Positions 39,501 to 48,251 of a stretch of DNA of 64,000 bases are shown in pieces; the stretch's first letter is position 1; each line of letters begins with the position of its first letter. Source of the DNA: a virus; IMG/VR virus record IMGVR_UViG_3300034356_000609, positions 1 to 64,000 of that record. One strand, 5' to 3'. Position numbers and translations under genes: made by a program. The notes under the pieces were generated by a model. That model was not told the origin of the DNA and made no database searches. It worked only from the letters and a program-made list of their open reading frames with translations.

Positions 39501-39996
39501 ACTTTACTTTGTTTAAGTATGCTTTACTTACAGGCTTTAAAGTCTTTTCAGATATAGCTGGTTTAACTGATAAATAGTATTTACCATCACGGGTTACTAC
39601 CTCACTTGTGATTAAATCATACTTAGGGTTTAGATTAATTTCTTCGTGGATAAACTCAAAGGCATTGGGATTTGTATATCCTATGTTCAAGTATCCAAGA
39701 GAAGCTACCTCTTCTATTTGTTCTGCTGACCTAATCTCTTGGTCAGTCATATTCAATCTAAGATGTTTGTTAATCTCCTGTATGCTAGGCTCTCCTACAA
39801 AGTTTAACTTAGGACTATATCCTAGTTGTTGCTTTGTCCAGTCAAAACCAAACTCTGTTTTAAATGTATTTGTAGTCAGTGCCTCATAAATACTTTTACC
39901 TTGTGCAGGTGGAAAGAATGAAGTCAACTGATAGTATGCAGGACTTGTAACTTGAAGGCCTGACAGAGGGGATTTTATGGTAGCAAAACAAGACAT
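33556..39996 (-). CDS. giant virion cargo protein with zincin-like metalloprotease domain
   Basis: 2146 aa; LIHETLHAY...EEFVSE near the N-terminus; hydrophobic helices near the C-terminus; close to the vRNAP gene as in crAss-like phages. Confidence 0.8.
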   Translation of the reverse strand: MSCFATIKSPLSGLQVTSPAYYQLTSFFPPAQGKSIYEALTTNTFKTEFGFDWTKQQLGYSPKLNFVGEPSIQEINKHLRLNMTDQEIRSAEQIEEVASLGYLNIGYTNPNAFEFIHEEINLNPKYDLITSEVVTRDGKYYLSVKPAISEKTLKPVSKAYLNKVKFPSLIVNSVQDFSNAQLKELIDGVVNSGETENFQKEILTRLSSLLRINPTLKLVVFDDATVADEYQRSFYDPKTNTVYVGKTVSSDFNSKSFVKELIHETLHAYTIHALTNPQTPAEIQFSQEMDRYLSQYRSNFPLLQNNYGFKNTEEFVSEYLSNPYFRETLQEAEQKAKNTGLLGRLVATIKRFLKGQFTNVSLSDLDVTLNEYFDYLESLEDMPELAGEHQLRFNAPYSSATVTPPSIDLSKFQNYVRESLNSSSWAQMSQALSEIDPRFGSIERIKQKLGNISSAGVADTINSTVSYIDALENILKRIQTTVKTTKDNLSQMSDVEAIRLFNYAKNLSDLINEQVESFNSLLMPELVMNVTKDQLALDPTGKAEFLQERRRQIENYDVVVKELQTKLERIQNNSTNLRTAAQKAIIIPVASQLAEPFRLISKKLQASDSQLNQELAAKEALLLDAQANNEAKKIKNLESDIQNLKYFLSWVPTTQNIQILLQRGMDPSYEGGSMWNVYMGMATSSGSPVVQVLKQFLDVHLTEAENSSIDTTTRAEAIERRVEARNKQRGNVSAFSTVDKHYQGLTREVDMIYYDEQGRRTKVKQLAYNTKFKEAEFYSDLLDLQHNLEVAEKAGVEADILAAEKALGDFQEKYAVGRYTDEYYQAESLLSEEAREARAALLDEIKEHIDVFGDVDSTEEDRKVRGDLRRQYERLGSIFNEDGSEKPIGSKERDIAESIISYKQRRKELDVVEFTIPEAVLKRFNIEKQSRKDAVKQVKTRIGILETDLADAEALGQNTTALQSKLFEEKENLVEAQNNLATWLKNNTRIEIDPQFFELQQTIADKIKAVFLKYGESPEINDAYTRLFNAVKGYRDQDGVIVGSAVELGLSETIREIENEIEDLKDAADQNRNMTDADKLLLKGLFKRLFALQTKEKTDYYYEVVESVKRNIRGQLATETVLLAEMQTKAEKMADHFIETDGNHLDVGIFSDPSALDELPTAQTLTDLKSAIYRKNLIDAYYSVLYSNEVNKRMRDTDWYKANHISIVRKRFDKDTGEEFEDVTERPIYIWTKTIPSDSKYIRQENPSFEWTIPRVRDEYKNKDYNFLGDLRPKETTDGKYNNPDYEKLNNEDKALVGDLVGLYEDIQRKLPASQRLRGYVVPNAVKSGQERVTETNIKKRFHTFFDSIKLLWREGLPGETLDEVDSSIIQANKNAESRGKGRKVQLIKTRYKQPVNVNQVSHLLTQSLANYGVYAAEFQGLQKAMPAIFAAREALEGKTPKEDLQVIDNEVNRFFYGGEVSNPDNKYLKIAARVFRRMFRFTQTRALVFNFMRLFKNVFNNFLKIMLSKNKYGLTRKELLKAWWKGMQSHRSLMQLENGSRKYNDYALKLMYFRAVPSANPTSMAGNVHQRNIYKYINLNNFSSQIFGYTEMASTIPIYEALMARMTVPMMVNGQEVQIKLEDAYDVINGMLVPKDGVFGLEQNAMRSLIVERQQILNNYLSSAQVSSYDRLSTPQKIALNDLLKKQDTKIKSLEDSNKVKREKLRQVEQYLRDQIHELYTSTQGNYFTRTRSFYEGNIFTSFVFSMKRWLQPLLQTNYGKQRLSLYTGNIEEGFYRAGGKAIVRKLQYLSNRERTNLGSTALEKEKYERIVRDTGNALGLHLLSYSLIGMVLANLSGGDGEDKVLSLLALIALGTYDEYISLHPILAPSNYIYKTFFRRPLDKPGEDREGVSSVVKHGLYTVFGQQMRSYDQIYEAVFDWKNVTDPFGEYYEQRRGGIGGKSVVNTPKPTAGLQRWQAVLLKVYGVELGLKPFTEPKKRVQDILKLSPMLGLKDPLGDYVQNDKKIQELQKDLLARDLGNIEKYEAGDLTALKSENIQEFRTNLLEWAERRLAKVEMQDKNYVIRNYEEEKKIAAKEGQESRKVLDKLLKVAMPGMSIPEAEKSESYEESISREKRYTRDLIRTLKSQLRELEPVEDSSFSDPD

Positions 39997-40002
39997 TATT
40001 TA

Positions 40003-40032
40003 CAAATTTAATCTATTTAAGAACTAAATCAA
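40003..40032 (-). promoter_or_regulatory. Bacteroidota sigma70 promoter TTG-N19-TAAATTTG
   Basis: Exact consensus and spacing; 6 nt before the ATG at 39996. Confidence 0.75.
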
Positions 40033-40640
40033 GGTACTTCACAACTCACCTCTTCAAAGCTAATGCTATTGAGGTCTGGAGTATCTGGGGCACTTGTTTT
40101 ATCTAGAGACAAAGTAAGCTGTAGAGGCTGCTGTCTTAAAGGAGCTTCGTATACTTGAGTATCAGGTATCTGAACAGATGTTTCCATTACTTCAAATAAA
40201 CTATCCTCTAAGTCGTTTAACTCCTGTAAAGCTAAAGCGGCATCGTCTTTGTAAAAACCTTCAGGTCTATAACTCACAGGTAACTCAAAAGCTTCTTGTA
40301 AAGATACTTCTTCAAACTTAACTTGATATGCGGCCAATAACTTAGGTGTAATGTATACTTGGATAGCAGCACCATCAGTATAACTACGACCTCCAAAAAC
40401 AACTCCAAATAACTTTCTTGGTATGTTTAACTCATTAGATATAGCAACTGCCGTACTGTCTGCAATACTACGTACTTTCTTAACTGTATTCATACTAGCA
40501 TCCCTAGAGTTTACTGGGAGAAATATCTCTCCTGTACCCAGTAGTTTAAATGCATTATTTTTTGTCTTAGCAATCGTAACTGCCTTAGGAGTTATCTGAC
40601 TGCTAATTTCTCTAGCTGATATTTTACATGCTTGTGCCAT
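40029..40640 (-). CDS. 203-aa protein within the cargo block (Cys at both ends)
   Basis: ORF MAQAC...SCEVP. Confidence 0.8.
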   Translation of the reverse strand: MAQACKISAREISSQITPKAVTIAKTKNNAFKLLGTGEIFLPVNSRDASMNTVKKVRSIADSTAVAISNELNIPRKLFGVVFGGRSYTDGAAIQVYITPKLLAAYQVKFEEVSLQEAFELPVSYRPEGFYKDDAALALQELNDLEDSLFEVMETSVQIPDTQVYEAPLRQQPLQLTLSLDKTSAPDTPDLNSISFEEVSCEVP

Positions 40641-40644
40641 AGTC

Positions 40645-43600
40645 TTATCCGCAAGGATTTATATTAGGTAAGTTATTAATATCGTTTTGGTTAGGATTTG
40701 TAGATGGTTGAGTAATAGGTTTATTTACTACTTCAAACTCTATAGCATAAGGATATTGACCTACATTTTTATCAGTTACAGATTTTACCCATCCTTCTTT
40801 TTGCCAGGTAGCATCTTGATATTCTTGTGTAAATGGAGTAACTTTAGTAATTCTAGTATATACTTGTCTTCCTGTTTTATCAGTCATTCTTATAACTTTA
40901 CCTACAAGATCTGATATTTTAGATAAACCATAATCCTTAGACATTCTTTGTATGTCAGTATTAGCTCTGGTAGTTCTAGTTCTATCCCCTGATATAATAA
41001 GATCCATAGTAGACTTTCCTTTAAACTGAGGTTGCATTTGACCGCCTTGACCATCTGCAAAGTTTTGTGCTATAGGTGTTAGTTTATCTGCTAGGTTAAA
41101 TTCATCAACACTAGTAGCTGGTTGAATAGTCTCGGTAGGCATACTTTCAGGTGAGTATACACTACGTTCTATTGCAATCAAACTCTTAATGGCCGAGTCT
41201 TGTAACCTCATGGTTTTTAACTTCTCTGGGTTTGTTCTGGCTAAGAACTCGATGCTTGTAGTTATAGGGGATAGTGTAGTACTAAACATCTTAGTAGAGT
41301 ATCTTACGAGAGTCAAATAGGACTTGAACTTTTGCGGCTCTTCCTTCCTCATTGTCTCTAGTTCATTGTAAGACTTTGTTGTGTAGTCTATATAAGCTTC
41401 ATGAGGTACGATACTAGATACATTGTCTGTGTTGAAGTGACCTCCGTATTGCATAAAAGATCCCAATGCCAAATCAGTAAAGAACTCTTTTATCTCAGCA
41501 ATAGGACTGTTTAGTCCTTCTAAGAATGCAGTCCTATATAACTTGTTGGTCTCCGACATAACGACACTCTTTAACTTAAAGTTTATCTCACCAGTATTAC
41601 TTGTCTCTGGATACAAGTTCTGTACTAGATAATTATTCCTTAAATCAGGATTACTGATTATACCCTCAAAACGTTTTGCAAGGTTGTTAGAAGTGGTCTT
41701 TTGCATTAGACCGTCTTTACCTCTATAGTATTCTAACAAATTGCCCTTTTCGTTACTAGCTGTTTTTTGGGTATAGTTAAAGATTAGATTTGTCTTTAAC
41801 CTTTTAATAGCCTTCATACGAAGTTCTTGACCTGTTATATCATTCTTAGTTAAGAAAGTATTTATAGTCTCATGAACTTCCACAGAGTCAGACAATGGAT
41901 ATATTTGACCCATAACCTCTTGTACAAATCCGCTTACATTAAACTGCGCCAATGCAGATTGATTAAACATAAAGTCAATTGCCTCTGCGTTAAAGTATTC
42001 TTTTAATCCTCCCTCTTTGGCAACCGTCTCCGTACTTTGGAATGAAGTTCTATAATTCGTAGTATTAAAGTCAGTAATGCTAGTCAACTCCCTCAACCCA
42101 CTTTGCTGTGCTACAACTACACCAAACTGTAATAAATAGGCAATATCCCTCATTGCCTTCTCTTCACCAGTCAATGTCTCATTAGGATTAAAATTAGTAA
42201 TGTATTGATTCAAAGTAGGTACACCCATCATCGCTTCAATATACATAGCTAGCTTTTTCTTAGATCCTTTGATGTTAGCTGCTTTAATTTCTTTGTCTAT
42301 ACCTGCAACAAACTTTTCTAGCTTTACATTCCCTGAAGTCTGAACTCGGTTTTTAATAAGAGACATAATAGCTGAGTTCTTACTGACGTATAAGTTCTCC
42401 ATCTTCTTATGTATCTCTGCTCTGTTAGCCATGCTTAGAGCTAGTTTAATTACATCTGAGTTGATGAAGTCCAATACATCTTTTACAGGAGTACCTGCAA
42501 GAATCATAGCATGTGCCAATGGACTAGTCTCTTGGTTTAAACCTAAAAGAATAATCCAATCTTCGTTTGCAATGTCGACGTGTCCGTTTACAAACTCACT
42601 CAATACTTTAGAGATACGATTCGTTCCATCTGCGTCTTTCTTGCCTCCAAGCATTATCTGACCCTCAGCATTTCTGTTGGCCTTAAAGTAATAGGCATTA
42701 AACAAACTAGAAGTATACTTTAGTCCTGCCCTTTGGAATTCTTTCTGTAGAGTATTAATCTTAGCGTCAATACCCAATGCATCTTTAGATAGGATATTTT
42801 CCAAGAAAATTCTCCAAGATGTTCTAGGATTAAACACATCGGTAGAACTAATCTTCTTTCCAGGTTTAGTATACTGGGTAAGAATGCTGTTGTTGTTTGG
42901 AGTAGTTAAAGAATCATACAACTCTCCTGTCTTTAGAATGGATTTTAAACTATCTACAAGTCCATTGCCTAATGCTTTTTTATAGTCGTCAACTACGGCA
43001 ATTTCATTTCTTATATCTTTTATGTCATTGCGTACTTCTGCTAAAATAAACAAAGCCTCCATAGGGTTTTCTCTATCTAGTTTTGCAAGTTCTGCAAACT
43101 TTCTAGCTATTAGTTTCTTTTCTTTTCTAATATCTAACAAAGTCTCTGACTCTTCTTGACCTACAATCTCATTAACCAGCAACTCCTTAATGCCTTCAAT
43201 TGCTTCGTCAATCTCCTCGTTGAGTATGTTTATCTCATCTTTGATGTCTTTGCGTTGTTCGTAGATAGGATTCTCACTCATCTCTGCACGCATCTCTTTT
43301 TGAATAGCTTTTAACCTAGAGAGACTTATCTTAAGTTCTTTTTGACGAGACAACTCGCTGGTATAGTCTTCTACGTCAAACTCTTTTTTAATTACTTCTC
43401 CCGACTCTGATAAGGCCGTCATAAAGAATGTTAACTTATCAATGTCGTAGTCACCTCCTGTTTTAGTTACTATCTGTGCAGGAAGAATCATTACTGCACC
43501 TGCGGATTCGTCAAGAAACTCCCGAACAATAGCATACTCCATAGAAGAAAATCCTTGTACTGGAATACGTACACCAACCATAGTTAATTTGTCCTTGTGA

Positions 43601-46600
43601 AGTTCTTTCCAACTATTAGCCGTTTCCGTAGAAGAAGTAAGAATACTATTTAATACCTGTAAAGAGCCGACCTTCTTACCCTCGTAAGTCAAGTTAAGTA
43701 GTCCTGCATGCTTCTTAGGGTTAAATGCAATCTTAACCTCCATAGGATTTGTTTCTCCTGTAGTGGGGTTGAGGGTATAAAACTTTAAGTCGTTCGCTCC
43801 AAACTGTTCTAACTGTTGTTGAGTAGGGTTAGCAAATCGGATTCTCTCAAATCCAGTACCAGCTACTTGGATAAAGCTTTCTCCAAATATCTTTTGAGAA
43901 ATAACTTTGTTGTTGAAAATGTTTAATATAAGAGCCTCTACCTCATCTCTGTCTTTGTTCGCATCCAAAGGATTTACAAAGTTACCTTGCTCATCTACCT
44001 TAATAAAGTTACGTAGTCCTTCAGAAACTTCTTTCTCCTCGAATTGTTCTGCAACATATCTAGCCAACTGAAGTTGATTAATACCGTCAATCTGTCCGTT
44101 AGTTCTAGTTATACCTAACTTCTTTTCTAGTTTGATAACTTCAAACTGTACCAAGTTGTTTAAGTTATTAGTGAACTCATTGTACAATCCTGATATACGT
44201 TCCTGGGTGTCAAGACTAAAGTCTCCAGAGAGTTCTCCAAACTCATAGAAGTCTCCAAAGATTAACTTCATCATCTGAGTTGCAAGTGTACTTTCATCCT
44301 TATACTTAGGAGCTTGATATTGCTGTTCTCTTAAGTTTTCTATATGGAGTGTAGTAACTAAACTGTCGTCTATGTTTTGTTTTACTTCTAAGTACTCTAC
44401 TCCGTTACGTGTTACCTTTTCGTAATAATCGCTTGGTTCAGCATTGTCAGACATCTTAGAGCCAGACTTGAATGTATAATAGTTTACTTGCGTATTATAC
44501 ATGGCTATCATTTGCTTTTCCATTTGTCTCCCTTCTACTACACTAGGTATCATAGGTATTAGAGAAAACTTATGTAATGCTACTTGTTTTGGGTCTCTCT
44601 CTGTAGGTCCAAAGTGTCCTAGCTTCAAAGGAGGAAAAGGAGTCAAACCAGTAGTGTTAATTAACTTGGTCTTTTCTGATATTAATTCTTGTGCATTAGC
44701 AGGGTTGCCCTTTAGTGCAACATTAATTTCTGCAATACGTACTTGCTGTTGGTAAGCCTTCTCTTGTTTAGTACTGTCCCATCTACCTATACTTATTAAA
44801 TAATTTCTATAAAAGTCAAGTGTAACTACACCTTGAGCATCTGCTTCCTTAGGATTGTTTACGTAAGCGTCAAACTCGGACTTCTCTTCTTCTAAGAGTG
44901 TATCCCAATTACCACTATCGTAAACCTTTTTGTAGGTTTCAAAATCACTCTTACTAAAACTAAGTACATCCTTATAGATTACAGTACGGATAACAGGATT
45001 AAACTTATTCTCAACTCCTGTGTAAGCTATACTAATAGCATCTTGTCCTGTATCGGTATCAAAGAAGTCTTGTAAGGCACTATCCCAGAATACTGGACTA
45101 CCAGGTGATGCTGAGAATGCAGGTCTCTTAAACAACTCTCTATAGTCTGCCTTAACATTAAAGTTAGACATATCACCAATAAAGAACTTCAAGAACTCTA
45201 CGTTATTAATAAAAGCATTCTTCAGCATTACTTGTGCTAAGTACTGAAGATTCTGACTTGTAATTGTAGGAGGTGTTTTTCTGTCGGCAGCTGGAAGTAA
45301 CTGAGCATTAATCATATTTAATTTACTTAAATATGATGCAGTTTGTGCAAGACGTGTACTGTAGTCTACTGTATAACCCTGAGAATTTACAGGAGTTGAC
45401 ATAATATCTACCAACTCTCTAGTGAATAACTCACCTTGAGTTGCAAAGTAAGTACTTAAAGATTGTGGCAAAGCTGCTACAGCCTTATGGTAACCTGCTA
45501 TTAGTTCTTCTTTTGTGGTAGCTTTTGTAATCTCTTCTACAATCTCATTGGGAAGAATGTCATTAAAAATAAATAGATTCTTAGCGTTTTTATTATAAGT
45601 AGTTTTTGCTACACCCTCACCAGCTTCAATTGCATTAGATATCCTTGTGACTTCTGAGACTAAGTAGTTCTTAAACGTAGCCACCAACTCAGGTTCTATA
45701 GGCACTTCTTCCGTGGGAGATTTAAGAAGATTTACATTGATAGGTACATAAATCTTCTCTGCTAGAATAGGATTAGAAAAACTTGTGCTTAAAGAAGAAG
45801 TCTTATCTCCAAAGCGCATATTCTCTAATTCTGTAGATTGGAAGAAACTTACAAAGTCTTGGATAATTTTATCTCCAGGATGTAAATTGGTTGTATGACC
45901 TCCGTAGTTATCAGAGTCAAAGTCTTTAAGTTCTAAACCTCCGAAGTCAGTTACATTGATTGTACGTGGTCCTGTAGTCTTGTCTACGACTTTAGTATAA
46001 CTACTTAATGGATTCTTTTCTATCTCTGCCTTAGTTAATGGCAATCCAAACAAACGGTTTAACCAAATAGATCCTAGTATGTCTGGATTCTTTCTATAGT
46101 CAAAACGAGCATAGGCAGGTTGGCTTATTAGTTCTTCGTAGTTATTAGCTTTGTTTACTGCGGAAGCTTGCTGAGTCATAAAAGACCAAGGGGAACGTAT
46201 GAACTTTTTCTTCTGCTCTGCCGTTGTATACGCTGTAGGTCTAGATGCTACGTCAAAGTTTGAAAAGAACTTAGTAAAAGGATTTAACTCTGTCTCCTTC
46301 TTCTGTAAATAAGAAGTAGCTTGTTGTAGACTGTAAGTTACAACTTTACTATTGACTGCCTTTTTAAGAGCTTGAGATATACTGCTTACGTCAATTCTCC
46401 AATCCTTAAACGAAGCTGTCTGTGTACCTGCAAGTCTTGCTTCGATATAACTCTCAAACAAAGGTTCTTGAAGTGAAGACACCTCGTAACCTCTGTCTTT
46501 AATGTATTTAAGTGCCTCTTCTTTAGTTGTAGAAAAGGCGATAATCTTTTCAAACAAGTCGTCAGCTTCTGCGAGCTCTGTTGGACTCATACTTGCTTGT

Positions 46601-48249
46601 CCTGTCTTAGTAATATCTAAAGTTCTAGATATCTGTCTACCATTGGGAAATGTACGTACGTCAGTGCCGATGATATAAGTAAGAGGTTTATAAATCTTAA
46701 TCTGATCTGCAGGGTTTAAGTTAGCATTAATCGCAGCAGTTACACGTAACTTTTGGAAGATGGTTGTTAACTGTGAAAGGTTATCAACTATAAACTTTGT
46801 AGTTAAGTCTCTGTTGTTGGGGTTTAGGTAATCTTGATTGGTTAATCCTAGTCCAATGTCTTGTAGAAAAGTCAACAAAGCCGACAAGCGGTTGTCTGTC
46901 ATATACAAGTTCATGTCACTTTTCTTAGCTAACCCAGAAGCTATGTTCTTAAAAGTTTGTTCGTAGTCTTTAACTAACGCATCTACGTTTAAGTATTGTT
47001 CTCCACTCTCGTCTATAAGTTTATACTTTGGCCTATACAAAAAGTACTGTGCATCATATTGACCTAGAATATTGCGTACGTTCTGGAATCCTTTTTTCTG
47101 CAACGTAGTTGCAATCATTCCATTATCCTTAATCGAGATATCAACTACGTTAGAAACTACCTCAGGATTGCTTAGAATACCTTTAAAGGCAGATACTAAC
47201 ACCATCTTCTTGACATCTTTGGTAGATCCTTTAACTCTAGGGTCTGGCATATCTTGAAGTAAGTAGTTAAACTGAGGATACTGCTTAGAAAGATTGAGCA
47301 TAATGTCATACATCTCCGTGTAAGTAGTCTTACCTGACAATGCATTACTTAGGATTTTCCAGTTCTTTAAGAAATCTCCACTCTTTGGAAGTCCCAATAA
47401 ATTACCTTCTAGTTGAATAGCATTACCACTACGTACTAATCCCCCCTCTACCTCATTAGACAGTGAGTTTCTATACGAAGGTAAACCTGTTACTAAGGCA
47501 ATAACAGCACTACCTGCTCTTTGGATTTGTGACTTTTCTTTTGTCTTCCAATCCTCACTATCCTCGTTCTTTGACTCTAAATCTTCAACCCCTACAATAC
47601 CTTCTTGAGAAGAATACCAATCTACAAACAAATCAAAGTTCTGAAGAACTTTTTCTAAGTTTACAATCTTTACAATATCTCCCTCAAAGGTTTTGTTTTC
47701 TTGGAATCTTGATAGTATCTCGTTTCTCTTATCAGTCAAAGCGGTAAATACTGAGTACCAGTTTTTACCGTAACCTAATAGGAACTGAAATGTATCGTAA
47801 ATCTCTTGTGCTTCTTCTGGTGCATAATGTATAGGAGTTACATTTCCGTCAATCTCAGCTTCTAAGAAGTTGATAGCCATACTACTAGGAGTATTGATAG
47901 CCGCTTTGGTACGTTCTTGTAATTCCCTAACACGTTGCTTTTGTTTCTCTACGTAGTCAACTACCTGATCAACAGAATATCTACCTTCGGCATCAGCAAT
48001 ATACTGGCTCTTAAAATTAACAAAGAAAGTCCGAGCTACTAACTCTAGTGCAGTCTTTCTATTACCTTCTGTAATTGGATGTGCAAGTAAAGCTCCGTAC
48101 AGAGGATTGTCAATTACCTCGTCTCCAACTTTAATCTTATCCAAAGGTTGTTCATTGTTCTGTGTCCATACATAGGCCACAGCTGAAGGGTCTAGAAACT
48201 CTAAGTATTCTTTCTCGTAATTAGTACCTTTAATGCTACAAGCGTTCAT
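40645..48249 (-). CDS. virion-packaged single-chain two-barrel RNA polymerase (phi14:2 gp66-like) with C-terminal ASCH-like domain
   Basis: Catalytic GGDYDIDK (DYDID at 43438-43452), upstream RIPVQG, ADAQG, LHKFS, SGSK; 2534 aa. Confidence 0.9.
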   Translation of the reverse strand: MNACSIKGTNYEKEYLEFLDPSAVAYVWTQNNEQPLDKIKVGDEVIDNPLYGALLAHPITEGNRKTALELVARTFFVNFKSQYIADAEGRYSVDQVVDYVEKQKQRVRELQERTKAAINTPSSMAINFLEAEIDGNVTPIHYAPEEAQEIYDTFQFLLGYGKNWYSVFTALTDKRNEILSRFQENKTFEGDIVKIVNLEKVLQNFDLFVDWYSSQEGIVGVEDLESKNEDSEDWKTKEKSQIQRAGSAVIALVTGLPSYRNSLSNEVEGGLVRSGNAIQLEGNLLGLPKSGDFLKNWKILSNALSGKTTYTEMYDIMLNLSKQYPQFNYLLQDMPDPRVKGSTKDVKKMVLVSAFKGILSNPEVVSNVVDISIKDNGMIATTLQKKGFQNVRNILGQYDAQYFLYRPKYKLIDESGEQYLNVDALVKDYEQTFKNIASGLAKKSDMNLYMTDNRLSALLTFLQDIGLGLTNQDYLNPNNRDLTTKFIVDNLSQLTTIFQKLRVTAAINANLNPADQIKIYKPLTYIIGTDVRTFPNGRQISRTLDITKTGQASMSPTELAEADDLFEKIIAFSTTKEEALKYIKDRGYEVSSLQEPLFESYIEARLAGTQTASFKDWRIDVSSISQALKKAVNSKVVTYSLQQATSYLQKKETELNPFTKFFSNFDVASRPTAYTTAEQKKKFIRSPWSFMTQQASAVNKANNYEELISQPAYARFDYRKNPDILGSIWLNRLFGLPLTKAEIEKNPLSSYTKVVDKTTGPRTINVTDFGGLELKDFDSDNYGGHTTNLHPGDKIIQDFVSFFQSTELENMRFGDKTSSLSTSFSNPILAEKIYVPINVNLLKSPTEEVPIEPELVATFKNYLVSEVTRISNAIEAGEGVAKTTYNKNAKNLFIFNDILPNEIVEEITKATTKEELIAGYHKAVAALPQSLSTYFATQGELFTRELVDIMSTPVNSQGYTVDYSTRLAQTASYLSKLNMINAQLLPAADRKTPPTITSQNLQYLAQVMLKNAFINNVEFLKFFIGDMSNFNVKADYRELFKRPAFSASPGSPVFWDSALQDFFDTDTGQDAISIAYTGVENKFNPVIRTVIYKDVLSFSKSDFETYKKVYDSGNWDTLLEEEKSEFDAYVNNPKEADAQGVVTLDFYRNYLISIGRWDSTKQEKAYQQQVRIAEINVALKGNPANAQELISEKTKLINTTGLTPFPPLKLGHFGPTERDPKQVALHKFSLIPMIPSVVEGRQMEKQMIAMYNTQVNYYTFKSGSKMSDNAEPSDYYEKVTRNGVEYLEVKQNIDDSLVTTLHIENLREQQYQAPKYKDESTLATQMMKLIFGDFYEFGELSGDFSLDTQERISGLYNEFTNNLNNLVQFEVIKLEKKLGITRTNGQIDGINQLQLARYVAEQFEEKEVSEGLRNFIKVDEQGNFVNPLDANKDRDEVEALILNIFNNKVISQKIFGESFIQVAGTGFERIRFANPTQQQLEQFGANDLKFYTLNPTTGETNPMEVKIAFNPKKHAGLLNLTYEGKKVGSLQVLNSILTSSTETANSWKELHKDKLTMVGVRIPVQGFSSMEYAIVREFLDESAGAVMILPAQIVTKTGGDYDIDKLTFFMTALSESGEVIKKEFDVEDYTSELSRQKELKISLSRLKAIQKEMRAEMSENPIYEQRKDIKDEINILNEEIDEAIEGIKELLVNEIVGQEESETLLDIRKEKKLIARKFAELAKLDRENPMEALFILAEVRNDIKDIRNEIAVVDDYKKALGNGLVDSLKSILKTGELYDSLTTPNNNSILTQYTKPGKKISSTDVFNPRTSWRIFLENILSKDALGIDAKINTLQKEFQRAGLKYTSSLFNAYYFKANRNAEGQIMLGGKKDADGTNRISKVLSEFVNGHVDIANEDWIILLGLNQETSPLAHAMILAGTPVKDVLDFINSDVIKLALSMANRAEIHKKMENLYVSKNSAIMSLIKNRVQTSGNVKLEKFVAGIDKEIKAANIKGSKKKLAMYIEAMMGVPTLNQYITNFNPNETLTGEEKAMRDIAYLLQFGVVVAQQSGLRELTSITDFNTTNYRTSFQSTETVAKEGGLKEYFNAEAIDFMFNQSALAQFNVSGFVQEVMGQIYPLSDSVEVHETINTFLTKNDITGQELRMKAIKRLKTNLIFNYTQKTASNEKGNLLEYYRGKDGLMQKTTSNNLAKRFEGIISNPDLRNNYLVQNLYPETSNTGEINFKLKSVVMSETNKLYRTAFLEGLNSPIAEIKEFFTDLALGSFMQYGGHFNTDNVSSIVPHEAYIDYTTKSYNELETMRKEEPQKFKSYLTLVRYSTKMFSTTLSPITTSIEFLARTNPEKLKTMRLQDSAIKSLIAIERSVYSPESMPTETIQPATSVDEFNLADKLTPIAQNFADGQGGQMQPQFKGKSTMDLIISGDRTRTTRANTDIQRMSKDYGLSKISDLVGKVIRMTDKTGRQVYTRITKVTPFTQEYQDATWQKEGWVKSVTDKNVGQYPYAIEFEVVNKPITQPSTNPNQNDINNLPNINPCG

Positions 48250-48251
48250 CT

